A DNA stretch of 64,000 nucleotides from Octopus vulgaris (Eukaryota): the NCBI GenBank assembly GCA_951406725.2, contig OX597828.1, positions 63,736,001 to 63,800,000 on the forward strand. Reading direction: 5' to 3'. The notes under the pieces were generated by a model, which saw nothing but the letters and a program-made list of their open reading frames with translations, was not told the DNA's origin and did no database searches. This document shows, piece by piece, positions 16,230-30,868 of this stretch. Within the stretch, counting starts at the first letter, position 1. Every line of letters starts with the position of its first letter. Both the position numbers and the translations under genes were made by a program.

Positions 16230-16460
16230 TAAGACGGCCAGTTAGCAGATTCGTTAGCAGGCCGGACAAGATGCTTAGTAGCCTTCCGTACGTTCTGGGT
16301 TCAAATTCGTAGAGGTTGTCTTTGCCTTTTCAGTCTTTCGGGTAGAGGGGGGAGGGTCGATAAAATAAGTACCAGTTGAACACTGGTGGGGGGTGGGGTG
16401 CGTAATCGACTTAAACCCTGCCCCCCGAACTTGCTGGTCTTGTGCCAAAGTTTGAAACCA
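16230..16460 (+). mobile_element. SINE with the 30482-type head and core but an alternative tail (cttgtgccaaagtttgaaacc)
   Basis: Head aagacggccagttagcagattcgttagc and core ggttcaaattc...tttgcctttt...gtcgataaaataagtaccag. Related degenerate copies on minus at about 6040-6240 and 24520-24660. Confidence 0.7.
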
Positions 16461-17659
16461 AGATTTATTCCCCTATCACCCAAGAACTTTTCTACGACTT
16501 AATACTACTCTGCAGTCATAGTTTTTGTGACTGGAATTCATCCTAAAACTTGAGATGCAATTTTTTTATCATTCATTACAATATCGAATGCACATATGGA
16601 TGCTACCCCCAAGCAACACCGGTTGAGAAAACAAACAACAACTGACTATTAGTTATAATCTTCAATTTGTACTTTCAGTCAGGCTGGAGCAATAACATTT
16701 TTGCTCTATAAATGTCATCCATTTTGTTCTATGAAGTTTCAAATTGGCCCCAATTAATTATGAAGTTCTAAATAAGTTCTCCTAAATGATCAATTCTACA
16801 AATACCAACATTACGAACTACAAATGATGTTATTAACGTGGATTCCAATTTTGTTATTTTGCTACAAGAAAAGTAAACAGTTTTGATAATTCGTTTCGCA
16901 GTTCAGTTTATTACGGCAGTAAATTATTTTATGCTTAACTGAAAATGTAATTTTCGTTAAATCAATTTTCTGAACTCAAATATTAGCATTACATACTTCA
17001 TATAAAACTTTATCGCAATCGTGTTTTATTTCACTCGCTGGGTTTCATAATCGTGGATCCGTTAACCTAGATTTATCATACTTTGGCCAATTACTCATTG
17101 CATAAATGGATAGAGTTTCGGAATAATCTGTTTCAATACATTAAATTATATTTTAAACAGTAACAATATTTTGTTGTTCATATTTTAACTTCTTCTCCTG
17201 ATGATACGGTTTATTCAATCACATTTAAATAGACTAATTATGTAAATTAATTATGTAATTATATAAATGACAATGTTTTTACATTTCCCTTGAAGCAGCT
17301 TTAGAGGAAAATTAGATTACGAATCGTCAGTGAAATTTATTTTTCTATTTAGGAAAAAATATTCCAATTATTGAATAAGGGAAATTTGTCAAAAAACATA
17401 ATTAGCGAATTCAAACTTCAGCTAACTTCGCGTGTAAAGTGTGATGTTCACGACGTCAAACAAATTGAAGGTGATATAAGTTCATTAATGACCATCTAGA
17501 TTTCAATCACGTGACTCAATAATTTTGCCAACGAAAATTATCAGGGAGCCCTACGTTTGATATGCTGGAGACAGCATCTAAATATGTCTCGTATAATTTT
17601 ACAAAAGTTTTACTGACTGCCCCACATTATATATATATAGATTTACGTGTCACCGGCCA

Positions 17660-17858
17660 CATTCAAATGGTGTTTTTTATGTGCCACCTGCACAGGAGCC
17701 TGTCCAGTGGCACTGGCAACGACCTCGCTCGAATGTTTTTCATGTGCCACCGGCACAAGTGCTCGTAAGGAGACGCTGGTAACGATCACACTCGAATGGT
17801 GCTTTTTACATGCCACCGAATTTGATTTCGATTTCAATTTCACCTGCCTCAACAGGTC
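17660..17858. repeat. About 60-bp tandem repeat (tttttatgtgccacc units), probably from a LINE UTR
   Basis: Three imperfect copies of aatggtgcttttta(c/t)(a/g)tgccacc at about 17667, 17732 and 17795. Confidence 0.6.
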
Positions 17859-18570
17859 TTTTTTACCATATACGAGTTACAAATACTGTTGTTTGTGGAG
17901 ACTTATTTTTGTAATAATAGTAATGGTAACCTATTTGGCTGCTATTTCTAATATTTTCGGTATGTGGTTTAAGCAACTTGTTGTAAATAACCCTTTATTA
18001 TAATTATATATAATTTTTTTACTGAATATGGTCCTTTCCATACCGAATAAACTACTGGGTGAAAATTATTAATTTTATTAAATTAATTATATTTCACCCT
18101 TTATATGTATCGAATACTATTACTCCCTTACAATGAATCTGCGAAACTTCGTTTCGGTGGTACTGTTTTTGTAACTCACGTGGTGAAATTTTGGAGGGAG
18201 ATACGAATTTGCTTGTCTATATAAATGTGGAGATGCTGGCAGACTGTTATATCGTTCGATGTCGCCTGATCGAATAATATAATTGGTGAGTTTTTTCCTA
18301 GCATTTCTAGATTTATAGGAAATATTGTGATGATAAGGAAATGAATTTTCGATTCTAATCCAGAAACGATCGTCCATAATTGATCCAAAGTAGACTGTGT
18401 GATTTCGTTGTCCTCCTTCTTTTTACCATATACGAGTTACAAATACTGTTGTTTGTGGAGACTTATTTTTGTAGTAATAGCAATGGTAACCTATTTGGCT
18501 GCTATTTCTAATTTTTTCGGTATGTGGTTTAAGCAACTTGTTGCAAATAACCCTTTATTATAATTATATA
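17859..18570. repeat. Direct repeats of about 150 bp (17859-18010 and 18419-18570) bracketing a probable Penelope-like remnant
   Basis: Nearly identical tttttaccatatacgagttacaaatactg...ccctttattataattatata at both ends. Confidence 0.8.
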
Positions 18571-18917
18571 TATATATAAGAGAATACCATTATAAATAAT
18601 ATAAATATGTATATAAATTATGCAGCTGTATAAATTTTTAAATATGATAGGAAAGTACCACATTGTAGGTATGCAAGAATTTTTTGTCCAAAATGTAACA
18701 AGTGCGTGCAGGATTGCAAACAACATATTCGCTAATCATGACTCAATCTAGCAATACTGTTATGTTTGATTTGGCTTCAGTATGTTTACCAATCTCCCTC
18801 TCTCCTCTCTCTCTCCTTTCTCCTCTCTTTCTCCCCATATACACACATATGAGTGTCTGTATATGTACAGACACAGAGCACAAACATAAACATGCGTCTA
18901 TTTGTATATATATATAT

Positions 18918-18948
<31 letters not shown>

Positions 18949-20003
18949 AAGTGCGTATATATGTAGATAGGTATACATGAACACACACACACACTGTCAC
19001 CTATATACATATATACAGACATGTGTATACATATATACATACATATGCATATATGTATATATACGTATATATGTATATGTGTGTGTCTATGTACGTATAA
19101 GATTGTATATGTGGTTTATTTTGAATGTGGATATACAAGTTTAATCATGAAAGCTGTATATTTATGTTGGAGGATTTATGAGCACACGCACGGACGCACC
19201 CCCCTCCCACATATATATATGGAACAGCAAGGGGGGAGAACAAGCGAAAGAGAGAAGAGAAAGGGGTAAAAAAATGTGTGTGTGTATGTAGCGGGGAGAA
19301 AGAAAGACACCGCGTGCGTTTGTGGGAAACTGTATGTGTACGTGTGTGTGTGTGTGTATGGAATAATTTATGGGTGTAACAGCAGAGATAAACGCTCTAC
19401 TAGAGATCAATAATATTGAGTTTCCATGGAGATGCATGCCTAATCTATGTTACTCTTCTCTTCTTACAAAGGTCCCATGATATCACATTTATCATATATC
19501 TGGGTCGTTATTCAAAAGTCGTTCTCCACTCTCATCAAATCAAGTTATTTCACCTGATGAAGGTCTAATGATCTTCTCTGTAATTAACATAATTAACATA
19601 ATCTGTTATAGAAAAGAGATTTTAGTGGTGGAAGTAGAAAGAATAAAAAACGGCGTCACATGAAGACAGAACGTGGAGCTCTCCACCACCCTCAAATATT
19701 AGCATCACGATTTCAAGTGTGGTATCTTGCTGCTCATTACGTAGCTTGAAAAAACATTTGTTTTATGTAATGTTTAGTGCTATTTGTGCAATCTTCATTG
19801 TTGAGTAGGAATTATACACATACACGCACGCGCGCACACATAAGTACATGCATTTGTATATTTCGAAAGATAGACGTATGGATAGATATTATTACAATAA
19901 AGATATGTGTACGTGTATGCATATCTGTACTTTTGGAAATGAATGGATGTGTACTACTCACCTCATTTCTTGTTTCTCCTTTCTCTCCTACTCTTTCTTT
20001 CTC

Positions 20004-20087
<84 letters not shown>

Positions 20088-21088
20088 CACATTTGTGTGT
20101 AAGTGTGTGTATATATATGTATGTTGCTGGAACAATCCGTCGACGAGCGTTCCATTGGATTCGATCAACGGAACAGCCTTCTCGTAGTCGCGCTTTCTCC
20201 GTAATTTATCAATCCCCCTGGTTTGTTTACAAATATTATATGTTGTACTAGACAGTTAAGCATCTATATATAAAATTTGACTGAAATTTATGGGTGAGTG
20301 TTCTGGCTCAATCGAATGCGCAAGGAACCATATTAGCGTTGATATGTGGGTTCGAGTCTAGCCTGAGTAAGCTCATCATTTTTCAATCAATTGTTTAGAT
20401 AATGTCGCTTTAATTCGGAGTACATATATATTATTATTTTGATATAAATATTATTGCATAAGGAAGACTTTCGTAGTCGCTCTTTCTCCGGGTTTGTTAA
20501 CAAATATTATACGAGTGTGTGTATACAGAAAGAAAGAGAGGGTAAGAGAGTAGCATATGTGTAAGATTGCGGTTATGTGTACACACACACACACACACAT
20601 ATATAATATTTGCAAACAAACCCGGTGGCTTGATAAGTTACGGAGAAAGAGCGATTATGTAAATGTATATACATATGATTGTGTTCATATATATATTATA
20701 TATATATAAAATATGATATATATATACATACATACATGCATATATATATATATGATGTGTGAGTGGTTATTTACATCGTTCGCTTCATTTGTTTGTGTTG
20801 CGTAAAGAAGAAATATAACCCGCGCCATTGTACTTTATTTTATTCTTTCCTGCATATTATATGTGTGTGTATATATACAGAGAAAGAGAGGAGAGAAAGC
20901 GAGTGTAAGAGAGTGGCATATGTGTGGAGTTGCAGTTATGTATGTGTATATACGTATGTATGTCTGTGCTCATATATATATATATTGTATATATATATAT
21001 TAAATATATATATACATACATATATATTATATATTTATGTATATATAATGTATATATATAATATATAATATATTTATGTATATATATG

Positions 21089-21132
<44 letters not shown>

Positions 21133-22402
21133 TATACATATATAGGTATACATATATATGTATATGCATATATATATATATGTATGTATATATGTATAAA
21201 TATATGCGTATGCATATATATGTATATATATATATGTATGTATATATATATATATGTATAATTATACATATGCATATATATGTATATATATGTCTTGGTG
21301 TATATATCTATATATATATATATATATATATTTACACACACAAACATACATACACGCGCGCACACATACACACACACATATATATATATTGTGAGAGTGG
21401 TTATCTGCATCGTCCACTTCATTTGTTTGTGTTGCGTAAAGAAGAAACATGATAACCCGCGCCATTGTACTTTATTTTATTTCTTGTCTATCATTTTTTT
21501 ACTTTTATTTCCTCAAATTCTTTTATATTTGAGGAGTTTGACCTCCGTTGCCCTGAGAAAGCAAAGGAAAGAGAAGCTAACGGTCAAGATGTCTAGAAAC
21601 AGTAACCGTGGGAAAATTAAAAAAACAACAGTCTTGTTGACCATCTCCTTGACCAGATGACCCTGTGTCGGGCTGTTTTCATCATATTTAGTTGAAGTGC
21701 AAAGAAAATGGATTGAACCAAAACACATTTTAATTAAAACTGCTGAATATGTAATGATTATTTTCGTAATAAATGATTTTAATGGCGGCAAACGGCTATA
21801 AATAATGTAATGTATTACATTCAATAAACCTTGGATGGAAAAATGGTCGGAGGCTGTCTGGAGTCTCGTACCTACACCTTTCTTCTGTATCTATGACAAT
21901 ACGTCATCACATGCTTATTATATATAGCTGTTTCTATTTGAAGACTCAATCAGAAAATTATTTATTTCGTTTCTTCGCGAAGCCTGTACATTTTTACAAT
22001 TAATTTTAATAATTAATTAGGACAACGAAAAAAAGAAAATTTAAGGAAGATTACTCCGAAATTCAAATAAACTACAGTGAAAACAGACAATATGGAGCGA
22101 GTTTGATCGTTGTTAAGAACAATCAACACTTATTTCTTCGGTATTAAACTTTCACAGGAAAGCGATGACATACCAGTACTTGTCTAATCTTAGAAAGACT
22201 AAAAGATATTTAAACATTTTCAGTGATAAAACATTGGTAGATGTGGCATAATGTGCAGTATTTTGAGTGGATGTCTTCTATGTTGTTGTTGACGATAAGT
22301 AGCCCCTGGTCATCTCTGCTGATGCAGACTCACGTCTTGGAAGTAGGTGGTCTGAGATCTATGACCATCTTTTATTATTCTTCCGCTGTCGATATAGTAC
22401 CA

Positions 22403-22483
<81 letters not shown>

Positions 22484-22831
22484 AATGGACACACATACGT
22501 ATATATATATATATATGATTATAATATATAACGATGTGTGCGTGTGTGTATGCTTGTGTGTGCGCGTAAGGAGTCGGTAACTTGGCTCTGTCAGAAGGGT
22601 TGTGGATAGAAGAGTCAGAACTTTCCTTTCTCCATTAAATGACGAAGGATTGAGTGAATTACTAGCGACATCTCCCCAAGGATAGAAAAAAACAACAACA
22701 AAAGAAACGAATATGCAACAGGAATCGTCTTGGGACTGGCCAACGAGGAAGGAAAAGGTAATGAAGACGAATATAAAAGAAAGACAGATGGATAGATGCA
22801 TGGTGGAATGGTTGGAAAGGTAGATGAGTCA

Positions 22832-22873
<42 letters not shown>

Positions 22874-23164
22874 CAACACCACCACCCGCATATCGAGAGG
22901 GAGAGAGAAAGAGAGACGTATTGGTAAGATGGTGGACAGATAATGAAGCTTGTTAAAAAGATAGAGAAATATAAAATGTGACAGGTATAGATCAATAAAC
23001 AGAGATAAACAAAATCAGTGTGCAGATCGATAGATCGATAAAACGTCTTATATGTGCGTATGTTTGTGGGTGTATAAAAGCAAGCTACCTCCCTTTCTCT
23101 CCCTCTCTCTCACATGCATATACACACACACACCATATGTGTATTCACATGCTTATATATACAT

Positions 23165-23325
23165 AATGCGTTTACGTCCCTGTAACTTAGCGGTTCGGCT
23201 AAGAGACCTATAGAATAAGTATTAGGCTTACAATGAATAAGTCCCGAGTTCGATATGCTCGACTAAAGGCGATGCTCCCGCATGGCCGCAGTCAAATGAC
23301 TGAAACAAGTAAAAGAATAAAAGAA
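23165..23325 (+). mobile_element. SINE 3' half, 30978 family
   Basis: tttacgtccctgtaacttagcggttcggc...gcagtcaaatgactgaaacaagtaaaagaataaaag. Confidence 0.8.
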
Positions 23326-23341
23326 TATATATATATATATA

Positions 23342-23415
<74 letters not shown>

Positions 23416-23544
23416 TGTATGTATATGTATATGTGTATATACGTATATATGTGTACATACGCACATACACATATATATATATGTTTATACATACATTTAT
23501 ATTTTCATTTGTTTCAGCCATGCAGCTGAATACATGGATATACG

Positions 23545-23587
<43 letters not shown>

Positions 23588-23804
23588 CTCTCCACCCAAG
23601 CCGCCCTCCACCCACCTTCTCCTATATTTAGTTCGGTGGCAATTAGCGACTGAAAGAAATCACAATAGCATAAGATGCAAATAGGAAAACACAACTTATA
23701 CACCGCCAGCAACAGCAGCAGCAGCAGCAGCAAGGTAAACAAATTTATAAATAACTAAGGACTCGATAACAACAACACCTCCACCCCCACATACACAATA
23801 CACG

Positions 23805-24154
23805 GCCACCGCCATCGCCACCACCATCACCACTACTACCAACGAACATCGATGCAAGGAAAAAAAAACCCCATCCCCACCACCACCACCATCACTGCTA
23901 TCACCATCAGAACTCCTACCACCATCACCACGACTGTTATTACTACCACCATCACTACCGCTACTATTACCACCACCATTGTCACCATCATCATTATCCT
24001 CATCATCATCGTCATCGTCGTCATCATCGCCATCATCATCATCATCACCATTATCATCATCATCGTCATCATCACCACCATCATCATCATCGTCATCATC
24101 ACCACCATCATCATCATCGTCATCATCACCACCATCATCATCATCGTCATCATC

Positions 24155-24188
<34 letters not shown>

Positions 24189-24205
24189 CCCTAATCACCA
24201 TCAAC
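23805..24205. repeat. (CAT/CAC)n trinucleotide tract with a 30-nt higher-order unit
   Basis: catcgtcatcatcaccaccatcatcatcat recurs at about 24061-24150. Confidence 0.9.
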
Positions 24206-26131
24206 ATGCTACGCCATTCTAATGCTCAAAACGATATCGGAAAGGAAGCTTGTCACTCGAATTACTTCCGGTTCGTGATGATGATGATGGTTAATTTTTT
24301 CAATGGATGCTTTAAGTGTTGTTATGCAACGACTCGTCTTCTTTATTGTTTGTTGTAGGTGTCATTGTTGATTACGATGATGACGACGGCGACGACGATG
24401 ATGATGATGATGTTGATGATGATGTGGTTTTATTGTAATTACTGCTGAAAGTAGTAAACAAGCTCCGTAAACAATTTTAATCGGTCAACACTTTCAGACG
24501 CGCAAACCGTAAATAAGAATCTTTCAAGTTTTGGTCGAAGGCAGTTTTCGAGGGGAGGGGGAACTAGTCGATTATTACTCAACTGGTACTTGTTTTATCG
24601 ACCCCAAAAGGATGAAAGGCAAAGCTGACATCGGCAGAATTTGAACTCGGAATACAAAACGTAAAGAATAAAAAAATAAAAGAAAAAGTTGCACTGAAAT
24701 TCATTTTTCTTTTTCTTCTCTCGAGATCGATAAAGGATGTTTGAGAGCGAGAACAAACTCAAAGTGCCATAGGAAGTTTCTAGAAATGTCTTGCACCAAA
24801 ATTAATTCTCTGTCCTTCTTCCCTCCTTGCCAGGATATATCATCGTTTAACAAATTACGCCCTAAAATTCCTGCCACTAATCCCGCCTTTCACTCGAAAA
24901 AAACAAAACAAAAAAAACCAAAAAAAAAAAAACAAACAAAAACAAGCATCTAACAATTCGGCCATTTTATGACTGGATACTATTCATGTTCTGGATCGTG
25001 TTGTCGTACCGACGGGTATATGCACGTGCTGAAGATGGGGTGTCAACAAGTTTGGGTAACTCCTCAAACAAATATAATTATTATCTAATCCAGGGTTCAT
25101 CAATGTGGACAATATTGACTCCTGCTGGGTAGGAAGGGGTCTGACCAAAGGGATGGATAAATGATGTTGAACATTAAAGGCGTTGAATTATTTGTAAATC
25201 GAATCTGAAAGACTGCGGTAATTTAGAACTAAAATTCACTAAATTTCAGCCAAACATAAATTCGAAAATTAGGGTCCACCAAACGCATATTTCACATTAA
25301 GTTTTCCGACTTTCAGATATTTCTTATTAAAAAAACATGAATGACACAAAAGAACGAAGGTAGTATTGTTTTTAAAACAAGAAATTCTTCTGGATTCTTC
25401 TTTTTAATCCCGTTAAACGTTGTCATTGTTGGTCTGAGACGTTCAATGTTCTTTAAAACTCGGTGCCTCAGAACGCTATCCCGCAGCTAATGGGCGTAGA
25501 AACAAGATACGCACACCATTTATGGGTTATCGATAACGTTGACGTTATTACAGCTGCTTTTAATGCAGAGCTTAATCTTCTTTCTAAGACATTCACATGA
25601 TAGCGAGTCCAATCAGCGATTCCATGAAGGGATTAAAAGAGGTTTACCAATCTCTGGTCTAACGTTTAATATTTTGTGATTTTCGCAAATTAGACAAATT
25701 GCTAATGGCGGATCCATTGAAATAATTGCGAAATCCTGGCTATGGTTATTAATATGTGCGTGTGTATATGCATTCGCTTGTTTCACTGTGTGTGTGTGCG
25801 TGTGCGTGCGCGTGCGTACGTGTGTGCGTGCGTGTGCGTACGTGTGTGCGTGCGTGTGTGTGTTTGCGTCTGTCTACGCTGATACATTTTGTTCTTGCAG
25901 ACATCTTCCAGGCATAGTATACCAAGGAGTACATTAGTTATTGTTTTCTTGCACTTTTATTTTTCTTAATAGCTCTGTGGGAAATCCGCCTGCTTCTTCT
26001 AGCAGATCGACCTACCACGTAGCTAGAAGCTTCCCACGTTTCAAGGCGTATGCGTGTTTCTGTGTGTGTGTATGTATCTGTATTTTATATGAGATTGTGT
26101 ATGTGTGGGCATGTTCGCGCGCATGTACACA

Positions 26132-26213
<82 letters not shown>

Positions 26214-26768
26214 GTGTGTGTGTGTGTGTGAATGTGTTTCTTTAACGATCAGGTGATTAAAAAATATAATAAATAACAGTAGGTTTCTAATTGTCCAAAC
26301 TTGACGGCCATAAAACCATTCCATAGAAACCAAATAGGTCCTTAAAATGCAAAAGGTTTTTCTGTTTCGCCAACCGAAAAACCTAAAGAGGAAACGTGAT
26401 CACAAAGCGTGGAAAATATGTTTTATGTGGGGAAAATAAAACTCCAGGAGTTCGCCTTCGGTTACGAAAATGTTATAAAACTTTCGCTCCTAAAATGGTT
26501 GCTTTCCGATTGGAAACTATCAAAGGATATTCAAGAGGATTTTGCCTGTTTTTGCAAAAGCAACATATATATATTTATAAGGGACTTGTGTATGTTTTAA
26601 TATGTATGTATGTATGTATGTGTGTGTGTATGTATGTATGTATGTATGTATGTATGTATGTATGTATGTATGTATCCTTGGATACATGCTTGTAAGTATT
26701 ATATGTATAGGTATGTTTGCATTTATCAATCTAACTCTCTATATCTATCTATTTAGCTACCTTCCTTT

Positions 26769-26808
<40 letters not shown>

Positions 26809-26827
26809 GATCATTTAACGTGAAAAC

Positions 26828-27068
26828 GCATAGCTCAGTGGTTAGAGCGTCGGGCTTACAATCGTGCGTTTGTGCGAGTTCGATTCTCGAACTGGGCTGT
26901 GTGTTGCGTTCCAGTTCACTCAGCTGTAGGAATGAGATGTGACATCACTGGTCCCAAGCTGTATCGGCACAAATATCCCACAAATATCCTAGCTTGGACT
27001 AGTGCCTCGGAAAGGGAACTTTCTAGATGGGATCTCTTGGCCCTTTGTGACCGAAAGGGGCCTTTACT
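26828..27068 (+). mobile_element. SINE, same family as 57002
   Basis: tagctcagtggttagagcg (box A), gagttcgattc (box B), tail gtgaccgaaaggggcctttac. Confidence 0.7.
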
Positions 27069-27076
27069 CCCCCCCC

Positions 27077-27107
<31 letters not shown>

Positions 27108-27137
27108 CACGCACACACGTCAGACACACATTACGGT

Positions 27138-27410
27138 GAGGGCGCGTGGCCTAGTTCGGATGTTTCGAGTGTTTCACACAAGATTCCGATTGTAGTTTCT
27201 TTTCCCAGACCGAGCGTGTGTTGCGGTCTTGAGCAATACACTTCATTCCATGTAGATATCTGACGTTTGGTACTCCGTACGCCTGTACAAACAACGTCGA
27301 TTTCGATGGAGTGAGCTTACTGTACAGCACAAACATTTGATCACCATCAACGAATCGTTTGCGCAGCTTGTTCAGCAAGAAATTGTCGAACCGTCTTTGT
27401 TGGACTTCGA
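27138..27410 (+). mobile_element. Diverged tRNA-derived SINE
   Basis: gggcgcgtggcctagt head and gtcttgagcaatacacttcatt core, similar to 40848. Confidence 0.5.
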
Positions 27411-27446
27411 GAGACTACTAACAACAGACTGGCATGTTCAAACATA

Positions 27447-27497
<51 letters not shown>

Positions 27498-28095
27498 CAC
27501 AAACACACACATATACGCATACACAAACAGTAGCAGTGTATACTTTAAATACAAGTAACATTAATTGCTAAAAACAACAACGAAATCTCTCATAGACCGT
27601 ATGTGTGCGTGATGGGGTTCAGACGTCGTCTACCAAGGATTACATTGAACTATAGATATTCTACGTCTGATAACAACAACAACAACAAATAGTCAGATAG
27701 AACCCCCGTTTTCTATTTTAGGAGGATCTAAATTGACCAACAATAGTGACGGTCCTTAATAAGGGGTCTCCATTTTACATAGAGCAGGTATGGAACCCTT
27801 AACTATAAATTTCAGTCTAAGAATTCAGTGCATGAATGTTCCCACATCTCAGATTTCCCATATTTTACGCGATTTTATTTACACATTTCCCACGCATTCA
27901 TCTGTTCAATTTATTTATCACTCGTTAATCTTTTAATCCGGGAAGATAAGTTTCCATTAATCTTGGTACACACATACACACACACACACATGCACGCACA
28001 CATACGCTCTCGCACACACGCGCGTATGAATGCACAGACGCAAAAACACAAATACACTAACACATGCACACACGCTCATACACACACATACTCTA

Positions 28096-28131
<36 letters not shown>

Positions 28132-28750
28132 TTGCTTAATGAAGATTACAAACAGAAAGTAGCTACAGCGTCGTCGTATACCATACATGTACATGTGAAA
28201 AAATGCAATGTAACAAAATTACTAAACAACCCCCCCCCACCACCACCACCACCATCACACACAAACACACTCTCACACTCACGCGCCTGCGCATACACAC
28301 CTCGCGTGTTGCGGATTTTGAAAGGATTTCCGACTAATACTAACTGTTTGATAAGCTGTTAAGAGATTTCCTGGCCCGCTTTATACTTGCCATCGAAACC
28401 AAACCATTAATGAAGAATTTGGAAGCCAATTTCAGAAACATTCCCGCTGCCAAGTTCAGTGAGACGATGATTTATTGATTTGCTTATCTCAAGAATGTTC
28501 TGCAAAAAAAGAACAAAAAAAACAAAAAGAAAACAGAAGCAATCATTGAAAGGCTGGCGCTGTTGAGAAGTTCGCTTCGTAGCCATGTGTGTTTCAGGTT
28601 CAATCCTATTCCTTGGTGGTACCCAAGGAAAGTGTCTGCTATTACATCATTGACTCAACCAATGCCTTGTGAGTGGATTTGGCAGGCAGAAACTGTGCAG
28701 AATCTGTCGTTTATACATACATGCATACACAAACACATACTTGTATATGT

Positions 28751-28924
28751 ATCATCATCATCATCATCAACGTTTAACGTCCGCTTTCCATGCTAACATG
28801 GGTTGGACGATTTGACTGAGGACTGGTGAACCAGATGGCTGCACAAGGCTCCAATCTGATCTGGCAGAGTTTCTACAGTTTCTAAATTATTCTGGCAGAG
28901 TTTCTACAGAGTCCTAACGCCAAC

Positions 28925-28925
<1 letters not shown>
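28751..28925 (-). mobile_element. LINE (RTE-type) 3' UTR with a (GAT)n tail
   Basis: (cat)n followed by cgtttaacgtccgctttccatgctaacatgggttggacg, recalled as an abundant octopus LINE 3' terminus. Confidence 0.55.
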
Positions 28926-28973
<48 letters not shown>

Positions 28974-29637
28974 CATACATACATACATACATACATACAT
29001 ACATACATACATACATACATACATACATACATACATACATACATGCATACATATATACATGTACACACACACAAATTATTGATAAGTTTGAAAATGGAGA
29101 GGTTCAATGGATATAAATGTATTTGATTATTTAACATTGCCTACAATTGTTTCACTTTGCACCCAATTTAAATTACAAAACATTTTAAAATATAAGTTTG
29201 CATTCTGAGTAGTTTTGGTGGGTGGAAGATCTTCAGGGCATTTTGGACATTATACAGTTTACATTTTGATCAATTGAAATACTCCAGCAGACTAAGCACA
29301 TGAAAACGTGGTCATTGTGTGCGTGTGTGCGCATGCGTTAATATTTTTATTTTTATTTAAATACAATAATAATGCTAGTAATGATAATAATTAATTAAAG
29401 TATATAAAAAATAAAGACAAAGGTTTAGAATAAAGATTACTAATAGATAATGGAAATAATGAAATATATTAATGATAAAATAAAAACAAAAATAAAATGA
29501 AATAAAATTTTTTTACAAAATGTTTGTTTACACACACACACAAATACACCCCATCACACACATATCTATGCATACATATACAAGCATACACGTGCATGCA
29601 TACATACATACACACATGTGTATCATACATACATATA

Positions 29638-29802
29638 TATTTCTTTACTGCCCACAAGGGGCTAAACATAGGGGGACAAACAAGGACAGACAAAGGGATT
29701 AAGTCGATTACATCGACCCCAGTGCGAAACTGGTACTTTATTTATCGACCACGAAAGGATGAAAGGCAAAGTCGACCTCGGTGGAATTTGAACTCAGAAC
29801 GT
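29638..29802 (-). mobile_element. 5'-truncated SINE, same family as 30482
   Basis: tttctttactgcccacaaggggctaaac...gtcgacctcggtggaatttgaactcagaacgt. Confidence 0.8.
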
Positions 29803-30481
29803 ATCATACATACATATAAGTATGTGATTATGTGTGTGTGTGTGTATAACATTATACGAAAGATTTAAATCACTGAAGAAGCTTTTAGATAAAGAAATAT
29901 TCCGCGTAAAATAAACATTCATTAATAATACCGACCCCTAATCGTACAATACAAGGGTGAGTTCATACCTACAGCCATCGCTCTTACAGCAAAACCCCAA
30001 ATGCAGCCAGGCTACAAAATGGCCGAATATGTAGTAAAAAATAAAGTTCTTAAGAAATAGGCAACAGATTGGTATTAACACATCACCATAGACTTGTAGT
30101 ATATTCTGATAACATTGGAATGGAAAACGTCCAGATCAGCACGAAAACACAAAATAACAGACCACAGAACAGACTTCAGGCATTCGGTGGAATAAACAAA
30201 TCCAAGCTTCAATGTAAACATGGAATATGTAACTCATCGTGGCTGAAATATGAGTTTGTGCGCGCGCGTGTCCATTGGATTACGGAAAGAACAGTGGTAA
30301 CATCGTTACAAACCGTATCCCTTAAGACGTATAGATGTGCTAACGACCAACATGTACGTACGCATGTGTGTGTATGCATACGCAGAAACACGGAAACTGA
30401 AGTTTGTACATATCTCATACGCACACTCGCGCGCGCGTACACGCAACACTTGCACACGTATGTGTATATATACATGTATAT

Positions 30482-30713
30482 AAGACGGCGAGCTGGCAGA
30501 AACGTTAGCACGCCGGGCGAAATGCGTAACCGTATTTCGTCTGCCGTTACGTTCTGAGTTCAAATTCCGCCGAGGTCGACTTTGCCTTTCGTCCTTTCGG
30601 GGTCGATAAATAAAGTACCAGTTTCGCACTGGGGTCGATGTAATCGACTTAATCCCTTTGTCTGTCCTTGTTTGTCCCCTCTATCTTTAGCCCCTTGTAG
30701 GCAGAAAAGAAAT
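30482..30713 (+). mobile_element. Full-length tRNA-related SINE, second family (octopus OR1-like)
   Basis: ggcgagctggcagaaacgttagcacgccggg...gagttcaaattccgccgaggtcgactttgcctttc...ggggtcgat...tail tttagccccttgtaggcagaaaagaaata. Near-identical copies elsewhere. Confidence 0.85.
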
Positions 30714-30773
30714 ATATATACATGTAATACAAGAAATATAAATACATGTGTATTTGTGTGTGTGTATATACAT

Positions 30774-30868
<95 letters not shown>

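Noticed and set aside
17660-17858. Repeat-spacer-like pattern suggesting CRISPR
   Set aside because: Eukaryotic context, degenerate repeats, mutually related spacers and no cas genes.
21513-21824. 103-aa minus ORF and overlapping plus frames
   Set aside because: No recognisable motif or splice signals; probably chance or a very old transposon remnant.
26828-26895. tRNA gene-like sequences (also 40850, 59627, 30978)
   Set aside because: They have A and B boxes but no complete cloverleaf, and they continue into SINE bodies.
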